DNA of 8,818 bases from Candidatus Helarchaeota ASGARD archaeon Hel_GB_B (GTDB taxonomy: Archaea > Asgardarchaeota > Lokiarchaeia > Helarchaeales > HEL-GB-B), in NCBI GenBank assembly GCA_005191425.1, contig SUPR01000121.1:1-8818 (forward strand), written 5' to 3'. This document shows, in pieces, positions 1 through 6,881 of the stretch (position 1 is its first letter; every line of letters begins with the position of its first letter). The position numbers were made by a program, and so were the translations under genes. Under the pieces are notes generated by a model. The model had not been told where the DNA came from, ran no database searches, and saw nothing but the letters and a program-made list of their open reading frames with translations.

Positions 1-896
1 TTAAATAAATTTGTGTGTCTAGCCACAAGGCCTGAGTTATGTAAAACATAAACCGAATAATTTTGTTCATAATAATTATCATAAACATCAATTGATACCC
101 AGCCAGTAGAAGGTATCCCCCAGTAATTTCCACTTCCATCGCAGTGTTCAAGTGTATATGGAGCAGGTTGTCCATAACTAGCATAAATCGTCCAAGTAGA
201 TGAAAGATTTGTCCAACCACCAGGTTTACCCCAAAGCGCACTATTATCACATTCATGACGATAAACTTCGCCATTATTACGAAGTACAAAGCAAAATGAA
301 TCATTCCAATCAACTGCAATGGACACGAAGGATGATTCTCCACCATTTAATGGATATGGCGATGTTATAGAAATTGGATTGGAGCTCCGAACCCAAAAAC
401 CTGGGTTTGGCCAACCAGGATCTTTTGAAATTCTGTATACATCCCCATTAGCATTTAATACATATAAATATTTGTTATTAACATCTATAGATTTCCATCC
501 ATTTGATTTAAATGGTAAGTTTACTTGTAATTTCGTCCAAGTGGGACTTGACCATGAAATATTTTTATGTCTCCAAATTTGTCCATCACTGGTCAAAACA
601 TAAGAATAAACATAGTCAACAGCAGTCGAAACAAACTCATAGCCGGATGGAGGATTCCCTTTTATATTCCAAGAATTTCCTAAATTACTTTGAAATACAG
701 ATGAATTTATTTCTAATGCATAAACATTTAAATCATTTGATGATGAAGTAAAAAGATCTGGTGAATTGGTATAATATTTCTCATTAACTTTTCTTGTAGA
801 TATGTTAATATTTAAAAAACTAGCGATAAAAATTGAAAATGTTAATATTAATATAGTTAAAAACGAAATTTTCTTCTTAATTTTGTTAATTTTCAT
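1..896 (-). CDS. Secreted or membrane-anchored beta-propeller repeat protein (3'-partial, runs off the window; absent from the ORF track)
   Basis: Manual translation gives 298 codons with no stop from ATG 896 (alternative in-frame ATG 905; AAAGGA at 911-906) to position 1. N-terminus MKINKIKKKISFLTILILTFSIFIASFLN is a basic-then-hydrophobic signal/anchor. Four repeats: FVSTAVDYVYSYVLTSDGQIWRH, WKSIDVNNKYLYVLNANGDVYRI, FVSIAVDWNDSFCFVLRNNGEVYRH, WVSIDVYDNYYEQNYSVYVLHNSGLVARH. The propeller fold is inferred from this repeat pattern. Confidence 0.85.
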   Translation of the reverse strand, partial: MKINKIKKKISFLTILILTFSIFIASFLNINISTRKVNEKYYTNSPDLFTSSSNDLNVYALEINSSVFQSNLGNSWNIKGNPPSGYEFVSTAVDYVYSYVLTSDGQIWRHKNISWSSPTWTKLQVNLPFKSNGWKSIDVNNKYLYVLNANGDVYRISKDPGWPNPGFWVRSSNPISITSPYPLNGGESSFVSIAVDWNDSFCFVLRNNGEVYRHECDNSALWGKPGGWTNLSSTWTIYASYGQPAPYTLEHCDGSGNYWGIPSTGWVSIDVYDNYYEQNYSVYVLHNSGLVARHTNLF

Positions 897-1050
897 AAAT
901 ACCATTCCTTTAACAAAATCCAACTTATTATTGAATACCAGATAAATAGGATATATTGGTATATTTTAAAAATGTATATATTTACTTTTTTTTAAAAATG
1001 AGATTCTTTAAATTATTAAAGATATTTTTTAATATTTTTCGATTTAAAAG

Positions 1051-1070
1051 TAGAAATTAAAAAATCATCA
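1051..1070 (+). repeat. Dispersed intergenic repeat, copy 1 (TAGAAATTAAAAAATCATCA)
   Basis: Identical to 2836-2856 apart from one inserted G in that copy. Similarity continues loosely downstream (ATTTTA..ATGA). Confidence 0.6.
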
Positions 1071-1230
1071 TATTTTATCAATGAATTTTAGTAATATTTA
1101 CTAATAATTTATTTAGTTATAATACACTTAAAATTAAATCAATGTCAAATTGAAGGAAAAATTTGCTGAGAAAAATAAATAATATGTAGTATAGTAATTT
1201 AATAATTAATATGTAATTCAAAAACAATCT

Positions 1231-1235
1231 GGTGA
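1231..1235 (+). promoter_or_regulatory. Archaeal-type Shine-Dalgarno GGTGA for the small ORF
   Basis: GGTGA lies 7 nt before TTG 1243. The same motif lies 8 nt before the Fe-S protein ATG (6890-6886, minus strand). Confidence 0.6.
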
Positions 1236-1242
1236 AATATAT

Positions 1243-1344
1243 TTGAAGGACGAAGATGAATTAAAAAAGAAAACAGAGTTAACTGATGAAGAAGTCGACA
1301 AAATACTGGAAGAATATGAATGGATTCTCAGTGGGTCTTACTGA
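1243..1344 (+). CDS. Small acidic protein, 33 aa (MKDEDELKKKTELTDEEVDKILEEYEWILSGSY); possible extension to 1362 by UGA readthrough
   Basis: TTG start with a well-spaced GGTGA. The GAA/GAT-rich codon pattern stands out from the AT-rich flanks. 12 D/E and 5 K in 33 residues. Ends in TGA 1342-1344, followed in frame by GGT AAA GGA ATG TGT TAA. Confidence 0.65.
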   Translation: MKDEDELKKKTELTDEEVDKILEEYEWILSGSY

Positions 1345-1384
1345 GGTAAAGGAATGTGTTAAAAATAATTAAATTAAATTGAAA

Positions 1385-1454
1385 TTTCGGCAGGTCCTAT
1401 TATAGAAACTTTAGTTAATAGGATTTAAATCGAATATGCAATCGATTGCCGAAA
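1385..1454 (+). other. Predicted structured RNA/DNA element (three-way junction) 3' of the small ORF
   Basis: P1 TTTCGGCA(1385-1392)/TGCCGAAA(1447-1454); P2 GTCCTATTA(1394-1402)/TAATAGGAT(1416-1424), with one G-U pair on the + strand; P3 ATCGA(1429-1433)/TCGAT(1442-1446). Paired by eye, no folding energy computed. Confidence 0.55.
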
Positions 1455-1497
1455 AAAAAATATTTCATAATAAAATTAAACAAATATTTAACAATAT

Positions 1498-1529
1498 ATT
1501 TTTAAATCATCTAATTTTTAAATCATCTA
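1498..1529. repeat. Perfect tandem direct repeat, 2 x 16 bp (ATTTTTAAATCATCTA)
   Basis: Copies at 1498-1513 and 1514-1529, read directly. Confidence 0.85.
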
Positions 1530-1691
1530 TCCTTTTTACTATTTTTTAATTTATTTAGCCCCCATATTTATAAATACAAAATATTGGTCTGTTTAAAAAA
1601 TAAATAATTGATTATTATGGATACTTAAAGTCTATTTTTAACATAATTTTGTTTAATTAAATTAGCTAATAATGCAATTTATATCATAACT

Positions 1692-2477
1692 TTAAAATGA
1701 CATTCCCATTCTAGCAAGAACTCCGCCGTCAACACAAATTATTTGACCAGTAATGTATGATGATGCATTTGACGCAAGAAAAACTATTACTCCTTTAATA
1801 TCATCTTCATTTCCGACTCTTTTCAATGGTGTAGCTTTTTTTATTACTCTACCAAAATTTTGGATAAAAAATTTACTCATTCCAGATGGAAACCAGGATA
1901 ACGCAATTCCATTAACTCGAATATTATATTTTGCCCATTCTATAGCTAGTTGTTGGGTAAGTCCAACTACTCCAGCTTTAGAGCTTGCATATCCGATAGC
2001 ACCCCATTCTGCACCTCTAAACGCCCATAATGATGTTATATTAATGATGTTTCCTTGTTTTTGAGAAATCATTTGTTTACCTACTTCTCGAGAAACTAAA
2101 AATGTTCCTGTTAAATTAGTTTGTATTACTTTACTCCAATTATCAAGTGTCATTTCCTCGCTAGGAGACCCCCATGTTATCCCAGCATTATTTACTAAAA
2201 TATCGATCTTTCCAAATTCGTCTACTGATTTTTTTACCATATTAATTACTTGAGATTCATTTCCTACATCGCATTTAATTCCTATACATCTAACACCGAG
2301 TTTCTCGATCTCCGCTGCAGTATCTTCTAATGACCCATGTTTTCCCCTACCAGATATTATTATATCCGCACCAACCTCTGCTAAAGCTTTAGCCATCCAA
2401 ACACCAATTCCTGCAGCCCCGCCAGTAATTAATGCAACCTTATTTTTTAAATTTATTAACTCCAAAATTCGTGTCAT
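1692..2477 (-). CDS. Classical short-chain dehydrogenase/reductase, gluconate 5-dehydrogenase-like subfamily
   Basis: TGGAAGIG nucleotide-binding motif, NNAG, catalytic YASSK, and GITWGSPSEEM resembling the GATWGAP signature of the Ga5DH-like group. The basic SGRGK after beta-2 suggests NADP(H). GTTGAT SD-like sequence upstream. Substrate cannot be assigned. Confidence 0.93.
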   Translation of the reverse strand: MTRILELINLKNKVALITGGAAGIGVWMAKALAEVGADIIISGRGKHGSLEDTAAEIEKLGVRCIGIKCDVGNESQVINMVKKSVDEFGKIDILVNNAGITWGSPSEEMTLDNWSKVIQTNLTGTFLVSREVGKQMISQKQGNIINITSLWAFRGAEWGAIGYASSKAGVVGLTQQLAIEWAKYNIRVNGIALSWFPSGMSKFFIQNFGRVIKKATPLKRVGNEDDIKGVIVFLASNASSYITGQIICVDGGVLARMGMSF

Positions 2478-2835
2478 TAATAGATCAACTTCTAAAAATG
2501 ATTAAAATTGTATTAATTAATCTCATTTAGTTAATTCATTTTTTTATTTAAATGATTATTAAATGTATTCAATTAAAAAAAATTATTCATTTTAATTCAA
2601 ATTAGTAATCTGACTAAAACTAAGTTCAATTTTTAAACATCAAACTTTTTTACGAGATATTTTTTAATATAAATTTAAATAGCCATAAGAACCTATTTAT
2701 TAATGCATTAAATTATTTTTGATTATGAAATTTTAAATAATTTATGGTATATAACTATTGTGTGAATCTATATACTATTGAGAAAATTTTTAATTAAGAA
2801 TTTATTAGTCTAGAAATTTTATTCAATGAGAATAA

Positions 2836-2856
2836 TAGAAATTGAAAAAATCATCA
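2836..2856 (+). repeat. Dispersed intergenic repeat, copy 2 (TAGAAATTGAAAAAATCATCA)
   Basis: Matches 1051-1070 with a 1-nt insertion. Overlaps the inverted repeat AAATCAT(2848-2854)-N10-ATGATTT(2865-2871). Confidence 0.6.
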
Positions 2857-2932
2857 ATTTTAATATGATTTATTATTTTTTCAGGGAAAAAAAAATTTTT
2901 ATAATCCAATCATTGCAATTGGAAATTAATGA

Positions 2933-3331
2933 TTGTTGATACTATTTTTTTCATCGATACTACTTGGGGGTATACTATGTCTAATATTAGTTGAATTATT
3001 AAATCCCGAATGGGTATTTATGGGGGCTTCGGGTTTTGCAAATAGTTTTCTAGGATGCGCTTGGATGTTATCGATCATATCAAAAAGGAGAAATCCAATG
3101 TCTAATAATTATACAAATACGAGATCTTTTTACTTTTATTTAATAGCCAGTATTTTATTTCCAACATTTCCCATTTTTAATATCCTTAATCTACCAGGTA
3201 ATATTACATATGAATTATTGATATATGGTGTGATTTTAGCGCATTATCTATATTTATCATTTGGAATGGTCTATGGGTTTATTTTTTGTAAGAAAGTAGG
3301 TAAAAATAATAAGATATTACATTCATTTTAA
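2933..3331 (+). CDS. Rhomboid-like intramembrane serine protease, apparently N-terminally truncated (possible pseudogene)
   Basis: About four hydrophobic segments. GASG motif (Ser33) follows a TM3-like helix (LILFFSSILLGGIL), and AHYLYLSFGMVYG (His104, Gly at +7 and +11) resembles rhomboid TM6. No TM1/L1/TM2 (HxxxN) region. TTG start directly after in-frame TAA TGA, with no clear SD. Confidence 0.6.
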   Translation: MLILFFSSILLGGILCLILVELLNPEWVFMGASGFANSFLGCAWMLSIISKRRNPMSNNYTNTRSFYFYLIASILFPTFPIFNILNLPGNITYELLIYGVILAHYLYLSFGMVYGFIFCKKVGKNNKILHSF

Positions 3332-5658
3332 ATTGTGTCTATACACCAAGTTTTTTTTGCGAGTTTTTTATATTTCCCTAACATTGAATTATAAAACATA
3401 TGAATTTGAGTTTCTTGTCCTAAAATTGATGCAAAATAATTTTTAAACACTTTAAAAAAGCGGATAAAATAGTTTTTAATTTTATTCCAATAAGACGATA
3501 AATAGATAGTAAAATCATTTTTAGATATTATTTGGCTTTGACTATCTTTAATTTCCGTTTTAATAATATATTCTCCAAATTCTAATGAATTATCGAATCT
3601 AAATCTAAATTTTTTAATAAAAATACAACAGCTTTTGGGTATATCCAATTTATATCTTTTGGAATGTATAATATTATCATTATGGACGATATCTACTTTT
3701 AAACTTGCATTTTTAATTGGATATGGAAAATCGTTAATTATCCATAAATTAAATTTTACAGTGGAATTATGAGTAAAGAATTCATTCCATGAAAATGCTT
3801 TTAAAGGTGCTAAAATTATTTCTCGTAAATTCAACACAATTAATTGAATATTAGGAATATTTGGGATCGGGACAGAGGGAAATTCGACCGAACATAAAAC
3901 TGGTTGGTATGATTTTTTAACGGAATAATAAGCCAGTTTAGGATTACGATAATAATCTACAATAGACCAAGTAATTGAAGGCCAAGCATCATTGAATGTA
4001 AATAATATAATACCATGTATTTTTTCTTTTCCTCTTCTATATGCTTCAATTCCGAATTTCAGTAATCTTGCTTGATATTCCTGACTATATTTAATAAACT
4101 CTTTTAATGTTATTTTTCCCTTATGATCTTTTAGTACTTCTGCCAAGTATAACGTGATGAACTTTTGGAAATCATGGTATTTCCATTTTTTATTGATTGG
4201 CCATGAATTTTTTCCTAAATCATGCCAAAATTTGCTATTAATATTCGGTAAGGATTGTGCTCCAAATTCATTAGGATTTTTTCCACCAGGTAATGTTAAA
4301 AAATTATAATATGTAGAATAATACCAACCAACAAATGGATGGTCCTTGTGTTCGGCTGCAAGAAAAATTTTTCTCTTACTTTTATCAATTTTTTCAATAG
4401 TTTTCTTTAAAGAAATATCGAGAGCAAGTTGATTTGGACTAATTGGCTCACAATGACAGCACCAAATTGAAATAGACGGATGGCTATAAAATTGTAAAAT
4501 TAATTCGCTCATTTGTCTACAGGCTTCTTTTATACGAGTTTTACTCACGTCATAGTCCCATAATAAGGGGAAATCTTGCCAAATTAAAATTCCTTCGATA
4601 TCACATAGATTATAAAAAATTTGAGGTTCGACATGATATCCTAATCTTAAAATATTCATATTTCCTTCTTTAATTAATTTTATATCTTTTTGAAATTTTT
4701 CTGTGGTCATTTCTGATAACCAACAAGAAGAAAAATAGCTACTACCTCTTAAAAAAATTGGTTTATTATTTAAATACCACCCATCAAGTCTTTCCTCCAG
4801 TTTTCTCAGCCCAAAAGTCTGTTCTTCAGAGTTAATTAAATTTTTTTCACCCCATATTTCTAATTTTAGTTTATATAAATTTGGATTTCCTAAATCCCAT
4901 GTCCACCATAATTTAGGGTCTTGAAATCTTATAATAAAATTTAATTGATTTTCTCTTGGATGCAGATCTATAGTCCAATTATAATTTTCATTTTTACCTG
5001 AAAAATTAACTGGTGTTGCAGTTAAGTTTATTTTAACTCTTAAATTAGTATTATAAAAGTTAAATAATTGAAAATCAATCAATGCGATAATATCTTTTTC
5101 CTTAATTTCTGGAGTGATTATAATATTATTAATTTCCACTTTTTTACTGATTTTAATATATACTGGCTGCCAAATACCACCAGATCCTTTCTCCTGCCCT
5201 TTTAATGACACAGTTCCAGGTCTAAGATCCCAGTGGACAAGGCCTCCTTTAAACAATTTTTTTTTCATTGGAAATCCCGGGTCAAATGGTGCGCATACTT
5301 TTACGACAAGAATATTATTTTCATTTTCTATTAAATCTGAAATTTTAAATTTAAATGACCCAAAATATCCTTCATGATCACCTAGATAATGATTATTGAG
5401 CCAAACTTTTGTATAATAGTCTACCCCTTTAAAAATTAGAGAAATAATATCATCTTGAGAAAAATTCAAATCAAATTTATGCCTGAACCACACAGCTCCA
5501 CTATAATCAAGTCCATTAAGGTACCAATTTGAGGGTATTGGCATAGATTTCCAAGATTCGTCATTATAATCCTTTTTCCAATAGCCTAAGTTTATTCCTT
5601 TATCATTTTTATCTATTATAAATTTCCAGTTTCCATTCAAAGAAATATATTTGCACAT
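3328..5658 (-). CDS. Glycoside hydrolase family 2, beta-mannosidase/exo-beta-glucosaminidase-like
   Basis: N-terminal sugar-binding domain (SLNGNWKF, FKGVDY, HEGYF), Ig-like PKLWWTWDLGNPNLY, FGLR, NNKPIFLRG, GILIWQDF, HPSISIWCCHCEP (acid/base Glu404), NEFGAQSLP (nucleophile Glu464), FNDAWPSITWSIVDYY. No signal peptide. Confidence 0.93.
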   Translation of the reverse strand: MCKYISLNGNWKFIIDKNDKGINLGYWKKDYNDESWKSMPIPSNWYLNGLDYSGAVWFRHKFDLNFSQDDIISLIFKGVDYYTKVWLNNHYLGDHEGYFGSFKFKISDLIENENNILVVKVCAPFDPGFPMKKKLFKGGLVHWDLRPGTVSLKGQEKGSGGIWQPVYIKISKKVEINNIIITPEIKEKDIIALIDFQLFNFYNTNLRVKINLTATPVNFSGKNENYNWTIDLHPRENQLNFIIRFQDPKLWWTWDLGNPNLYKLKLEIWGEKNLINSEEQTFGLRKLEERLDGWYLNNKPIFLRGSSYFSSCWLSEMTTEKFQKDIKLIKEGNMNILRLGYHVEPQIFYNLCDIEGILIWQDFPLLWDYDVSKTRIKEACRQMSELILQFYSHPSISIWCCHCEPISPNQLALDISLKKTIEKIDKSKRKIFLAAEHKDHPFVGWYYSTYYNFLTLPGGKNPNEFGAQSLPNINSKFWHDLGKNSWPINKKWKYHDFQKFITLYLAEVLKDHKGKITLKEFIKYSQEYQARLLKFGIEAYRRGKEKIHGIILFTFNDAWPSITWSIVDYYRNPKLAYYSVKKSYQPVLCSVEFPSVPIPNIPNIQLIVLNLREIILAPLKAFSWNEFFTHNSTVKFNLWIINDFPYPIKNASLKVDIVHNDNIIHSKRYKLDIPKSCCIFIKKFRFRFDNSLEFGEYIIKTEIKDSQSQIISKNDFTIYLSSYWNKIKNYFIRFFKVFKNYFASILGQETQIHMFYNSMLGKYKKLAKKTWCIDTI

Positions 5659-5725
5659 ACTAAATCATATTTAAAAAATTTTGTTAATTTAAGTGTATAA
5701 GAATAAAGAAAAAATAAGAACGACT

Positions 5726-6877
5726 TTATTTTAATAATTTAACAATTAATTCGTGAATATCTTTCAATTGAATATCTTTTCTATCATTCATACTACTTGC
5801 AAAATTATCATAACAGGCTGGGCATGCGGTAAGGAGAGTCTCAACTCCGGCATTAACAAATTCATCAATTTTATTACTAGCAATTTCTGAGGCTATTGGT
5901 TCATATGAGGCTTTACATAAACCTCCGCCCCCACAGCAAGTGGCTTTTTGTCGGTTATCTTCAAGTTCAACAATTTTAACTTGGGGAATTGATTTGATGA
6001 TATCTCGAGGTTCCTCAAAAATACCAGAAATACGGGCAAGATCACATGGATCTTGATAACCTAAAATGTTTTCGTATTTTTGGGCAATTTCAATCTTATT
6101 TGTTTTGATTAAATCAAATATAAATTCTGTAGAATGTACTATTTCGAATGGTAATTTTTTAATACCAAGTAATTCGGGGTATATAAATTTCCATGCTTTA
6201 TAACAGCCGGGACACGTCATTATGACCTTTTTTACGCCCAAATTTTCCATTTTTTCAACATTATGTTTGGCAATTTCTTTAATTTCATCAGATCTATCGC
6301 CTACTAAAAATGCTGGATTTCCGCAGCACCATTCTTCACCACCTAACAACGTGAAATCAATCCTGGCTTTATCCAAAATTTTAACCATAGATTCGGGCAT
6401 CATGTATAAAGAGCCTTTAAATGATTGTTGACAGCCAACATAAAATGCGATTTCAGTTTTTTTGTTTATTTTATCTTTAATTATATTTTCTACCTCTTCA
6501 GTCCAATCTAATCGGTCTTCATTATCTAAACTAAATATATTTTTATATTTTTTAATTGATTCTATTATTGAATTAACTCCAGATGGACTTAATTTTTGAT
6601 TTACTAAATATTTTCGAGTTGCCTTTACAGTTTTAGGAATGTCAACTCCACTGGGACAAACATTGTGGCACATATCACATAATACGCAGGAAAAAATAGA
6701 TTCTACTAACCTTTTACTTGAATTAATATCTATCCTATTTTGAGCTATTAGTCCAGCAATTGTAATTCTAGACCTAGGTGCAAAACTTTGTAGTTTTTTA
6801 ACTTTATAAATTGGACAAGTTATATAACAAGTATTACAACTTGTACATAAGTTAAAATATGCAAATGCTTCTTCCAT
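5726..6877 (-). CDS. (Fe-S)-binding protein, GlcF/GlpC/HdrD-like (2 ferredoxin motifs plus 2 CCG domains)
   Basis: CTSCNTCYITCP and CVLCDMCHNVCP; CCG domains YVGC..WCCG..TCPGC and YQDPCDL..CCGGGG..ACPAC. GGTGA SD upstream; 4 nt from the upstream gene's stop. Confidence 0.93.
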   Translation of the reverse strand: MEEAFAYFNLCTSCNTCYITCPIYKVKKLQSFAPRSRITIAGLIAQNRIDINSSKRLVESIFSCVLCDMCHNVCPSGVDIPKTVKATRKYLVNQKLSPSGVNSIIESIKKYKNIFSLDNEDRLDWTEEVENIIKDKINKKTEIAFYVGCQQSFKGSLYMMPESMVKILDKARIDFTLLGGEEWCCGNPAFLVGDRSDEIKEIAKHNVEKMENLGVKKVIMTCPGCYKAWKFIYPELLGIKKLPFEIVHSTEFIFDLIKTNKIEIAQKYENILGYQDPCDLARISGIFEEPRDIIKSIPQVKIVELEDNRQKATCCGGGGLCKASYEPIASEIASNKIDEFVNAGVETLLTACPACYDNFASSMNDRKDIQLKDIHELIVKLLK

Positions 6878-6881
6878 TTAA

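Noticed and set aside
319-751. Plus-strand ORFs 319-603 and 512-751 from the track
   Set aside because: They are antisense shadows of the long minus-strand propeller ORF, which has a signal peptide and internal repeats; they show no motifs of their own.
1283-1344. C/D-box sRNA reading: CTGATGA (1283-1289), CTGG, TGAATGG, CTGA (1341-1344); the D guide partly complements the 23S AAGACCC loop
   Set aside because: Box C lacks the leading purine, C' and D' are degenerate, the guides would be 16-17 nt (long for archaea), and pairing beyond 7 nt needs a bulge. The boxes are fully explained by Thr-Asp-Glu codons and the stop. A snoscan-type search would settle it.
1385-1454. Purine riboswitch reading on the minus strand (contains AGTTTCTA)
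   Set aside because: It lacks the following CC, the AUAUGG and CGUAAA kissing loops, and the correct stem placement; the motif sits inside a hairpin loop.
1243-2477. Mycofactocin system (small peptide ending in Tyr/GMC next to an SDR)
   Set aside because: The peptide lacks IDGMCGVY, the SDR lacks the mycofactocin-associated TGAARGQG motif, and no MftB/MftC genes are in the window.
2826-2939. 37-codon ORF (MRIIEIEKIINFNMIYYFFREKKIF...) with a GGGA9 slippery-looking run, as a frameshifted 5' part of the rhomboid
   Set aside because: A -1 shift at the A-run meets TAA TGA (2927-2932) before the rhomboid frame opens, and the peptide has no rhomboid TM1/TM2 features.
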